From assembly GCA_963794955.1 (NCBI GenBank), contig CAWCGF010000039.1, forward strand, positions 268,262 to 332,261: 64,000 nucleotides of DNA, in the 5' to 3' direction. The notes below the pieces were generated by a model, which saw only the letters and a program-made list of their open reading frames with translations, searched no databases and was not told where the DNA came from. The stretch comes from an uncultured Acidobacteriota bacterium. GTDB lineage: Bacteria > Acidobacteriota > Blastocatellia > RBC074. Both the position numbers and the translations under genes were made by a program. The number at the start of each line of letters is the position of its first letter. Within the stretch, counting starts at the first letter, position 1. This document shows positions 41,763 to 50,458 of this stretch, in pieces.

Positions 41763-42950
41763 ATGAACAATGCCCCAAACACCCAACGCGTCAATGCCGT
41801 AGACCTGCTGCGCGGGATCGTGATGGTCATTATGCTGCTGGATCATACGCGGGACTTCGCGCACCGCGAGGTGCTCAACTTTGACCCTACTGATCTCACC
41901 AAAACCAACACAATCCTTTTCTTTACGCGCTGGATCACCCATTTTTGTGCGCCGATCTTTGTATTTCTCGCGGGGACGGGGTCGTATCTGCAAACGATGC
42001 GCGGCAAGAGCAAAGCGGAGTTGTCAAAGTTCCTGCTCACGCGCGGGCTGTGGCTGATTTTGCTGGAATTCGCGGTAATTCGTGTGCTGGTCTGGTTCAA
42101 TCTGGACTTTCACTTTGCGCTGATGTTGCAGGTGATTTGGGTGATTGGCGTTTCGATGCTTGTGCTGGCAGGGCTGATTTATCTGCCTTTTCGCGTTATT
42201 GCTATTGGCAGCATTGCGATGATTGCGCTGCATAATTTGCTTGATAAAATCCAAGTCACGCCACCTGGATTTTGGGCTTCGGTTTGGAGCATATTGCATC
42301 AACCGGGCGTGATCTTCTTCACGCCAAAAGTGTACGCGCTGGTGTTATATCCGCTGATTCCGTGGATTGGCGTACTGGCGGCGGGGTATTGCTTTGGCGC
42401 AATCTATCAATGGGAGCCGGAGCGACGGCAACGATTTCTATTCAAGCTGGGAGCCGCGCTGCTCGTGGGATTCGTCGTGCTGCGAGGAATCAATATTTAT
42501 GGCGATCCAAGCAAATGGAGCCTCCAGAAAAATTGGTGGTTCACTTTGATGTCGTTTCTGAATGTCTCGAAGTATCCGCCCTCATTGTTATACCTGCTGC
42601 TGACGATTGGTATGGGCATCGTTGCGTTGTCCTGGTTTGAGCGCCGACGGCAAGGCGCGTTAGCCCGCATCTTCCTTACTTTTGGGCGCGTGCCGTTATT
42701 TTTCTACCTCGGGCAATGGATTACAGCGCACAGTTTGGCAGTCGTTGTCAGCTATCTCGTGGGCAAACCGACGGGGTGGTTATTCGTTGGCCCGCTAGAG
42801 CAACCTTCGCCGAATCCCGGCAATCTTGGCTTTTCGTTATGGGTGGTGTATGTGTTTTGGTTGGTTGGCCTGGTGCTCTTGTACCCGCTCTGCCGTTGGT
42901 TTGCGGACGTGAAACGACGGCGCAAAGATTGGTGGCTCAGTTATCTATAA
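41763..42950 (+). CDS. DUF1624 (heparan-alpha-glucosaminide N-acetyltransferase-like) polytopic membrane acyltransferase-family protein
   Basis: [20 protein letters not shown]-terminal motif and ~10 transmembrane helices. Start trimmed to MNNAPN (ATG at 41763). Confidence 0.7.
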   Translation: MNNAPNTQRVNAVDLLRGIVMVIMLLDHTRDFAHREVLNFDPTDLTKTNTILFFTRWITHFCAPIFVFLAGTGSYLQTMRGKSKAELSKFLLTRGLWLILLEFAVIRVLVWFNLDFHFALMLQVIWVIGVSMLVLAGLIYLPFRVIAIGSIAMIALHNLLDKIQVTPPGFWASVWSILHQPGVIFFTPKVYALVLYPLIPWIGVLAAGYCFGAIYQWEPERRQRFLFKLGAALLVGFVVLRGINIYGDPSKWSLQKNWWFTLMSFLNVSKYPPSLLYLLLTIGMGIVALSWFERRRQGALARIFLTFGRVPLFFYLGQWITAHSLAVVVSYLVGKPTGWLFVGPLEQPSPNPGNLGFSLWVVYVFWLVGLVLLYPLCRWFADVKRRRKDWWLSYL

Positions 42951-42960
42951 AAGGGGGAAA

Positions 42961-43830
42961 ATGATTTTGCCGCAAAAATTCATCATGGCGTTGTTTTTAT
43001 TGGTCTTGCTCACGCCTCCGACGCAGGCGCTGCGGACGACATCACGACAGTTGTCCGATTGGAATCTACCCTTCAAGCCGTTCCAGATTATCGGCAATGT
43101 CTATTATGTGGGGACGAATAACCTGGCGTGTTACATCATCAAAACGAACGCGGGATTGATCCTGCTCGACACCGCGATGCAGGAATCTGCGCCGCTTGTG
43201 CGCGCGAACATCGAAGCCCTCGGATTCAGGCTGAAAGACATCAAAATCATGCTGTCGAGTCACGCGCATTTCGATCACGTTGCGGGGCACGCCGAGATGA
43301 AAGCGGCGACAGGCGCAAAAGTGTATGCGACCAAGGCGGACGCCGAAATTCTGGAAAGTGGCGGAGCCAAAGGCTTTCATCCGCTCAACAAATACAAGCC
43401 TGTCAAAGTAGACAAAATCCTGCCGGATCGCGCCACCGTACGCTTAGGCGAAGTGGCGCTGACCGCGCATCTGACGCCCGGCCACACCGAAGGCAACACT
43501 GCGTGGACGATGAAGGTCGAAGAAAATGGCGAGAAGTACAACATCGTTTTCACGAGCAGCATGTCCATCAATCCCGGCGTGCGAATGATCAAGAATCCAA
43601 CGTGGTCGGGCGTCGCAGACGCTTACGCCAAATCGTTTGCGAGGCTGAAAACATTGCCCTGCGATGTATTTCTGGGGCCGCACGCGCCGTTCTTTGCGAT
43701 GGAGGAAAAAGTAAAACGGCGGGATTCACAACCAAATCCATTTATTGATTCACAAGGCTATCGCAATTTCATCGAGATGAACGAAAAGAACTACCAGGCG
43801 CAAATTGAGCGCGAACGCCATGAGAAGTAA
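42961..43830 (+). CDS. subclass B3-like metallo-beta-lactamase fold hydrolase (secreted)
   Basis: Signal peptide. HAHFDH (HxHxDH) zinc-binding motif, then TPGHTEGNTAW and a late His (LGPHAPFF). The ~290 aa size is typical of B3 enzymes. Confidence 0.7.
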   Translation: MILPQKFIMALFLLVLLTPPTQALRTTSRQLSDWNLPFKPFQIIGNVYYVGTNNLACYIIKTNAGLILLDTAMQESAPLVRANIEALGFRLKDIKIMLSSHAHFDHVAGHAEMKAATGAKVYATKADAEILESGGAKGFHPLNKYKPVKVDKILPDRATVRLGEVALTAHLTPGHTEGNTAWTMKVEENGEKYNIVFTSSMSINPGVRMIKNPTWSGVADAYAKSFARLKTLPCDVFLGPHAPFFAMEEKVKRRDSQPNPFIDSQGYRNFIEMNEKNYQAQIERERHEK

Positions 43831-44893
43831 ACAGCTTCGCCTAATAACAGTAGCGCAAGCAGTCAGCCGCAGGCTCTGGCTGGCCTTGCTTTTGACGACA
43901 TGCACACTCGCCGCCTCTGCCGCACATCCTGAATGCCTTGTCACGCCGACCTGGGTCAAAGCCGTGCAAGATTTTCAGCTCGCCTCGACGCAGAAAAAAG
44001 CCGTCCTCCTCCGCCCCGTCACCTACAAAAACGAGCGCCTCGTCATCCTCGAAGCAAGCTGGGGCACGCTGGCCGAGGCCAAGGGCTACCAGGCCGGACA
44101 CGTGCCCGACGCGGTACATTGCAATACTGACGAGTTTGAGAATGGCTCTCCGCGCTGGCACTTAAAACCACTGAGCGAATTGCAACAAGTGATTGGCAAA
44201 TACGGCATCACCTACAACACGACGGTGATTGTTTACAGCAAACAAACGATTGCTGCCGCGCGCGTGTGGTGGGTGCTGAATTATGCGGGCGTGTCGGATG
44301 TGCGGATTCTGAACGGTGGTTACGCGGCGTGGCAAGCGGCAGGCTTGGCGGAGGATATGACAGCACACGAACCACGCCCTGTAACGTTTACGGCGACGCC
44401 GCGCGAGGATTGGCTGGCAACGACAGCCTACGTGCGCGAACGCTTCGATAAAGGCAACATCTGGCTGGCCGATGCGCGGTCGCTGGCGGAATATCGCGGC
44501 GAAGTCAGCGGGTACGATTACCTGCTGCGGCGCGGGCGCATTCCTGGTGCCTTGCCCATCGGAGACGCCGACGACAAAGCGCAGATTTATCAGGAGGCCA
44601 ATGGCAGGTTTCGCCCACGCAATGAAATCGCGGCGCTGTGGGCAGCCGCAGGACTCAAAGCTGCCACGCCCGGCGAGCAATTCGAGCGCGAAGTCATTTT
44701 TTATTGTGGTAGCGGCTGGCGTTCGAGTCTGGCGTTTTTCTATGCCTATCTGCTGGGCTACAAAAATATTCGCAATTATTCCGACGGATGGAGCGCGTGG
44801 AGTACGACCTATGTACAGGACATTGCCGAAAAAGGTATCACGCCCGGCTGGCGACAAGATGCGTCGGGCAACCCGATTGCGACGGGCAACTAG
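43820..44893 (+). CDS. tandem rhodanese-domain sulfurtransferase (thiosulfate/3-mercaptopyruvate sulfurtransferase-like)
   Basis: Two rhodanese domains with the active-site loop FYCGSGWRS in the second. The N-terminal region is signal-peptide-like. The upstream part overlaps the MBL gene. Confidence 0.8.
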   Translation: MRSKQLRLITVAQAVSRRLWLALLLTTCTLAASAAHPECLVTPTWVKAVQDFQLASTQKKAVLLRPVTYKNERLVILEASWGTLAEAKGYQAGHVPDAVHCNTDEFENGSPRWHLKPLSELQQVIGKYGITYNTTVIVYSKQTIAAARVWWVLNYAGVSDVRILNGGYAAWQAAGLAEDMTAHEPRPVTFTATPREDWLATTAYVRERFDKGNIWLADARSLAEYRGEVSGYDYLLRRGRIPGALPIGDADDKAQIYQEANGRFRPRNEIAALWAAAGLKAATPGEQFEREVIFYCGSGWRSSLAFFYAYLLGYKNIRNYSDGWSAWSTTYVQDIAEKGITPGWRQDASGNPIATGN

Positions 44894-44915
44894 CGAAGCT
44901 TACACGAGGTAATCA

Positions 44916-45734
44916 ATGCGAACGCAGGCAGAAAAAGGAATTATTTTTCGCGCACTCCACGACCGGGCGAGCGCATTCGTAATCCCGAATCCGTGGGATG
45001 CGGGGACAGCGCGATTGCTCGCTTTTCTTGGTTTTGAAGCATTGGCGACGACCAGCGCCGGACACGCATTTTCGGTCGGGCGGCAGGACAACATGCTGGG
45101 GCGCGACGAAACGATTGCGCACGCGCGCGACATCGTTGCCGCTACCGATTTGCCTGTCAGCGCCGATTTGGGAAATGGTTTTGGAGAGGCTCCCGGAATC
45201 GTGGCGGAAACCATTCGACTCGCAGCAGCAGCGGGGTTGGTCGGCGGCTCCATCGAAGATGCCAGCTATCACCTGGACGATCCGATTTACCCGCTGGAGT
45301 TGGCGGTCGAACGAGTTCAGGCAGCGGCGGAAGCAGCGCGTGCGCTTCCCTTCCCCTTCACGCTCACGGCACGCGCAGAGAATTTCCTCGTGGGTCGCTG
45401 CGATCTCAACGACACCATCAAGCGATTGCAAGCATATCAGGAGGCCGGAGCAGATGTTCTGTATGCGCCCTCGCTGACAAGCACGGAGGAAATCGCGGCT
45501 GTCATCCGTTCCGTAGATTGTCCTGTGAACGTCCTGCTGGGAGCGCAAGACGCAACGAGCGTGGCGACACTCTCCGCGCTTGGCGTAAAGCGCATCAGCA
45601 CGGGCAGCGCCCTCTCGCGAGCGGCTCTCGGAGCGTTTCTTCGCGCGGCGCGGGAAATAGCAGAGCACGGCACGTTTACTTTCGCGGATGAAGCGGTGAG
45701 CTATCGGGAAATCAGTGCGATGTTCGATGCCTAA
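44916..45734 (+). CDS. isocitrate lyase/PEP mutase family protein (methylisocitrate lyase / carboxyvinyl-carboxyphosphonate phosphorylmutase-like)
   Basis: IPNPWDAGTARL ... TTSAGHAF ... N-terminal motifs of the ICL/PEPM superfamily. Confidence 0.8.
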   Translation: MRTQAEKGIIFRALHDRASAFVIPNPWDAGTARLLAFLGFEALATTSAGHAFSVGRQDNMLGRDETIAHARDIVAATDLPVSADLGNGFGEAPGIVAETIRLAAAAGLVGGSIEDASYHLDDPIYPLELAVERVQAAAEAARALPFPFTLTARAENFLVGRCDLNDTIKRLQAYQEAGADVLYAPSLTSTEEIAAVIRSVDCPVNVLLGAQDATSVATLSALGVKRISTGSALSRAALGAFLRAAREIAEHGTFTFADEAVSYREISAMFDA

Positions 45735-46075
45735 ACCGCTCTTGGAAGATGACCTTTGGGTATTCTGGCGCAGTCTCAACCGGCGTGGCAGATTTGGAAA
45801 CGAAAGCGAGGCTCAAGCCAACTGTAGATTGCTGGCCGGAAGTATGGAAAAAAATTCGTTGCGGCTAAATGATTCCAATGGTATTCCCAATTCCATAGAT
45901 AGACTAATCACAATGGTTTGTATTTCGGTCCAACAATTGAATTCTGCGCCCATCTATTCGTTACTTAGGGTAACATCAGCTATGCTAATGACTGACCGCA
46001 ACCTGAACACTCGCTGGATTGGTGAAGGCTCATTGCGGTTTCGAGTTCCCCGCATAAACAAAGTGAAGAGGAAAT

Positions 46076-46639
46076 ATGTCCGTTCGTTTATTTGTTAGTA
46101 ATCTTGCCTATAATGCCACTGAAGCAGATTTAAGAGAGCTTTTCTCTACCGTCGGCTCTGTTTCTTTTCTTTCCCTCCCGACAGATCGGGAAACGGGTCG
46201 GCCACGAGGCTTTGCCTTTATCGAGTTCAGCGACCGCGCTCAGGCCGAAGAAGCCATCCGTCGTTTCAATAACCAGCTATTCATGGGCCGCCCTCTGGTG
46301 GTCAATGAAGCACGTCCCAGAGAAGACCGCCCGCCTTCGAGCGCGCCATCTCGTCCCGTCTTATCTCGGCCTGACCCATCCCCAGACCGCTCCCCGCTTG
46401 ATCCAGCAGCGCCCAGCAGTAAGCCGAGCCGCAATTTCGGGGCTGATGCGATCCCAAGGCGTAACCGCAGCAAAGGAAAAGGGGGAGCGAAATCAGAGCG
46501 CGGGCCGAAGGGACCAATGCGCGAACGCGTGACAGGACAGTTCTATGGCGGCGATGAGGGTGAGGATGAGGAAGATGATTTCGGTGGAGAGGACGTTGCT
46601 AATCACGAGAGTGATTGGCAGGACGAGGACGATGCTTAG
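46076..46639 (+). CDS. RRM-type RNA-binding protein with a long acidic/Pro-rich C-terminal tail
   Basis: LFVSNL (RNP2) and RGFAFIEF (RNP1). Paralog of 6432..6743. ~340 nt of AT-richer leader lies upstream. Confidence 0.8.
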   Translation: MSVRLFVSNLAYNATEADLRELFSTVGSVSFLSLPTDRETGRPRGFAFIEFSDRAQAEEAIRRFNNQLFMGRPLVVNEARPREDRPPSSAPSRPVLSRPDPSPDRSPLDPAAPSSKPSRNFGADAIPRRNRSKGKGGAKSERGPKGPMRERVTGQFYGGDEGEDEEDDFGGEDVANHESDWQDEDDA

Positions 46640-46726
46640 CAGCGGGGGTTAAGATGTAGCTGCCGCTGAATTTTATGCGGAAGCAGAAGCGCTAGACTGA
46701 AAGCGAAAAAACCGAGGACTGATTGT

Positions 46727-46951
46727 ATGGCGAAAAAAGGGAATACATTTCAAAAACGTGAGAAGGAAAAAGCGCGCGCCCAGAAGCAAATCGCTAAAGA
46801 AGAGCGGCGGCTGGAATCAAAAGAGCTAAAGGCAAACACTACGGTGACAATAGAAGGTGAAGACCCAGACCTCGCTGGCATCCGTCTCGGCCCACAGCCC
46901 TTACCGGAGCAGTGGGATGACCATGACAGGTCAGTAGAAACTGAGCGATGA
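46727..46951 (+). CDS. hypothetical small charged protein (74 aa)
   Basis: ORF only. Lys/Glu-rich. Confidence 0.3.
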   Translation: MAKKGNTFQKREKEKARAQKQIAKEERRLESKELKANTTVTIEGEDPDLAGIRLGPQPLPEQWDDHDRSVETER

Positions 46952-47084
46952 CAAGCGAGAAGTTGGAGTGATTGCGGCAGACTGAAGTCGGCCCTAAAGA
47001 TGAATTCCAGATAGCCGAGATCTGTGTTTAGCTCGACCCCGCTTCACTCCAATCGCCGAGCGTTGCAGATACTGGGCGATTGGG

Positions 47085-47180
47085 GTGAAGCATATCAGCA
47101 CGGGCAGTGCCCGCTCCCGTACCGCCCGCGAAGCCTTTCTTCTCTTCGCGCGGCGCGTGAAATTTCAGAGCATGGCTGAA
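47085..47180. pseudogene. degenerate duplicate of the 3' coding segment of the 44916..45734 ICL/PEPM gene (gene remnant)
   Basis: gcatatcagcacgggcagtgcccgctcccg ... tttcttctcttcgcgcggcgcgtgaaatttcagagcatgg is ~75% identical to 45587..45675 (gcgcatcagcacgggcagcgccctctcgcg ... tttcttcgcgcggcgcgggaaatagcagagcacgg). Confidence 0.45.
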
Positions 47181-47350
47181 GATTCCCCCCCAAGATGCAT
47201 TCAAAACCGCTTGTAGCAATGTCACATAGAAATGGAATAAGCACATTTTTTGCGAGCGACAATGAGGCGGCAAAAATTGCAGAGAGATTGAATCGCCACG
47301 TTAGATAGATAGCGACCTAGCCATACAGAAGAATAAGACCAATAACAACC

Positions 47351-47653
47351 GTGGAAAATCGCATTCTAAAACTCCAGGAACTCAACCGAGCTACTCTTGC
47401 GCGCCAAATGCTTTTGCAACGTGCAACGCTTCTTATTGATGGAGCTGTAGAACAACTCGTCGGCTTACAAGCGCAACTTGCCTCCGCGCCTTATATTGGC
47501 TTGTGGACGCGGCTATGCAAGTTCCAACGTGAAGACCTTGCCACATTGATTGAGAATCGGGCCATCGTGAAGGCGACGATGATGCGGGCGACATTGCATT
47601 TGTGTAGGGCCAACGATTACCTGAAATTTCGCACGACGCTTGCACTGCATTGA
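47351..47653 (+). pseudogene. truncated N-terminal fragment of a YcaQ/DUF1006-like winged-helix protein
   Basis: LARQMLLQRATLLIDGAVEQLVGLQAQ ... resembles the YcaQ-family N-terminus as recalled from memory, but the ORF stops after 100 aa. Full-length members are ~400 aa. Confidence 0.45.
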
Positions 47654-47719
47654 CCGAAGTAGGCGAATGTCTGATGCGCTTTGCTGAAGCGAGTGCGAAA
47701 TCGTTTGAGGTAAAATTTC

Positions 47720-48232
47720 ATGCAGGTTTGTGAAACGGAACGTCTGCTCCTTCGTCTTTTAGCTACGGACGATGCGGCGTTTATTTTGCGGCTGGTCAAT
47801 GAACCGTCCTTCCTCGAAAACATCGGAGACAAAGGCGTCCGCAAGCTGGAGGATGCGGTGCAATATCTTTTGCAGGGGCCGATAAAAAGTTATGAAGAGA
47901 ATGGCTTCGGATTGTGGCTGGTTGCATTGAAAGGCGCGCTGACGCCGATTGGGATTTGCGGTTTAATAAAGCGCGATGGTTTGGCTGAGCCTGATGTTGG
48001 TTATGCGTTCCTGCCGGAGTTTTGGGCAAAGGGTTATGCATTTGAAGCGGCGGCGGCGGTGTTGGTTTTTGCCCGGGAAACACTCGGCATCAACCGCATC
48101 GTAGCGATCACCGCGCCGGACAATCACGCTTCCATGCGCGTGCTCAATAAGCTGGGATTGCGGTTTGAAACAATGATTCTGCTGCCCGGCGCGAGCGCGG
48201 AGAGTCGGTTGTTTACGCCAGAGGTTCACTAG
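47720..48232 (+). CDS. GNAT family N-acetyltransferase (RimJ/RimL-like)
   Basis: Acetyl-CoA-binding motif region IGICGLI ... GYAFLPEFWAKGYAFEAAAAVLVFARETLGINRIVA. Confidence 0.8.
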   Translation: MQVCETERLLLRLLATDDAAFILRLVNEPSFLENIGDKGVRKLEDAVQYLLQGPIKSYEENGFGLWLVALKGALTPIGICGLIKRDGLAEPDVGYAFLPEFWAKGYAFEAAAAVLVFARETLGINRIVAITAPDNHASMRVLNKLGLRFETMILLPGASAESRLFTPEVH

Positions 48233-48283
48233 CAAATCACAACTGTTCGTCCACTAATCACACGAAGAAGACACGAAGAAAAT

Positions 48284-50261
48284 ATGAAAAGACTATGCTG
48301 CTTGCTCCTGTTCGCGGTTATTGCGTTTGCGCAGCAACCCGCCAATCAACAACGTCCACCAATGCGCCCGATTCCGCCCGTCGGCGTTGAAGTGCCTGCG
48401 CCGGATCGTACTGAACTCGAAAACGGCTTGAAACGGTTGAAAGCCGCAATAGATAGACTTGGCGCGCATCCGCTGTTGCCTGATGTGATGATCTATCACG
48501 AAGCCGTGCGGTACGCGCTGCAATACAACGAGTTTTTCAAGTTGGAAGAAGTTTTCAAAGCGAAATTATTGTTGCAACGCGGCGAAGAACGCGCGCGCCA
48601 ATTGGCCGAAGGCAAAGCGCCCTGGACGACGGCGACGGGCTTGGTCGTGCGCGGTTACGTGTCTAAAATTGACAAGAGCGTGCAGCCGTATGGCCTCGTG
48701 ATGCCGCCCACGTTTACCCCCAACACGACGCACAAATGGCGTTTGGACGCGTGGTTTCACGGGCGCGGCGAAACGCTGAGCGAAGTCAACTTCCTAAGTG
48801 AACGCGAAACGCGGATGGGCGAATTCACACCACGTGACACCATCGTTGTGCATCTGTACGGGCGCTATTGCAATGCCAACAAGTTCGCGGGCGAAGTGGA
48901 TTTATTCGAGACGCTCGACAAAGTCAAACAGCAATATCGCATTGATGAAAACCGCATCCTGGTGCGCGGCTTTTCGATGGGCGGCGCTTCAACGTGGCAA
49001 TTCGGCGTGCATTATCCAGGGCTGTGGGCAGCGATTGCGCCGGGGGCAGGCTTCAGCGAATCGGCGCAGTTCCTGCGGCTCAAACTCGACGGGCCGGAGG
49101 CTCCGCCCGCGTGGGAGCAAAAGCTGTTTCATTTGTATGACGCAACCGATTATGCGGTGAATCTTGCGAACACGCCGGTCGTTGCTTACAACGGCGAAAT
49201 TGATGGGCAGAAGCAGGCCGCCGATATGATGGAAAAGGCGATGGACGCGGAAGGCTTGCGCTTGCAACGCATCGTCGGCCCCAAGACGGGGCACAGCTAT
49301 CATCCCGATTCAAAAGTGGAAATTGATCGTATCCTCGACGCCATTGCCGAACGCGGACGCGATCCATACCCGCGCAAAATCAAGTTCACGACGTGGACGC
49401 TGGCCTACAACCAAATGAATTGGGCAACGATTGACGCGCTGAATCAGCATTGGGAGCGCGCGCGATTGAATGCCGAGATTGTCGGCGATAATGTGGTGAA
49501 TGTTGAGACAGCAAACGTCACAGCCTTCACGTTTGCAATGCAACCAGGCGGTTGTGTTTTAGATGCAACGCGCAAACCCGTCGTCACGATTGACGGCCAA
49601 AAGCTCACTGTTGCCGGGCCGATGTCGGATCGTTCGTGGCGCATACATTTCCGCAAAAACGGCAAGCAATGGGCCGTCGACCGATTCGCCAGTCGTAGCA
49701 GGCTTGCGCAAAGTTCACGGCTTGCAAGGCCCAATTGACGATGCCTTTCTCAACAGCTTCATTTTCGTCACACCGACTGGAACTGCGGCTGCTCCTGGCA
49801 TCGCGAGTTGGGTTTCTGGCGAACAGCAACGCGCGATCAAAGAATGGCGGCGGCACTTTCGCGGCGAGGCACAAGTCCGCACAGACGCCGAGGTCACCGA
49901 TGCTGACATCGCCGCCAGCAATTTGATTCTGTGGGGCGATCCCGGCAGCAATAAAATCCTCACGCGTATTGCCGACAAGCTGCCAATCAAATGGACTGCC
50001 GAAAGCGTCATCGTAGGCGACAAACGTTATCCGGCATCCACCCACGCGCCGATTCTGATCTTCCCGAATCCGCTGAATCCAAGCAAATATGTAGTGCTGA
50101 ACAGCGGCTTCACCTTCCGCGAATTCGACTATCTGAACAACGCGCGGCAAATTCCGAAGCTGCCGGATTATGCGGTCGTAGATACGACGACACCGCCGGA
50201 TTTTCGCTATCCGGGCAAGATTGTGCTGGCGGGATTTTTCAATGAGGCGTGGGGGCTTTAG
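48284..50261 (+). pseudogene. paralog of the 28998..31031 S9-like alpha/beta hydrolase, interrupted by a frameshift near 49650-49740
   Basis: The N-terminal ORF (48284..49738) and the C-terminal ORF (49563..50261) align colinearly to the 677-aa paralog (e.g. LQGPIDDAFL, LFGDPGSN, NPLNPS(K/R)YVVLNSG) but sit in different frames. Confidence 0.65.
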
Positions 50262-50365
50262 TCTTGGCGGTCATTAATCCGCCATTAACTGCCTGTGGTC
50301 ATCAGCATTTCACGTTCAAGCAAACGATAATGGGTCGCGTGCTTTTGATTTCGATCCTAAAAAAT

Positions 50366-50424
50366 GCCGGTGGTGGGGTACGCAATGAAGCCTGTGTTGC
50401 TTCATTGCGTACCCCACCACCGGC
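50366..50424. terminator. perfect 25-bp-stem hairpin between convergent genes (gccggtggtggggtacgcaatgaagc-loop-gcttcattgcgtaccccaccaccggc)
   Basis: Exact inverted repeat between the stop of the + strand gene at 50261 and the stop of the - strand gene at 50459. Confidence 0.6.
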
Positions 50425-50458
50425 AGAGTCGCTCGCCAAAGGGATTTGGCAGGAGGCT

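Noticed and set aside
45715-46098. 127-aa plus-strand ORF
   Set aside because: It lies in the low-GC leader of the RRM gene. It has no start context and an odd composition, and the region is more likely a 5' UTR.
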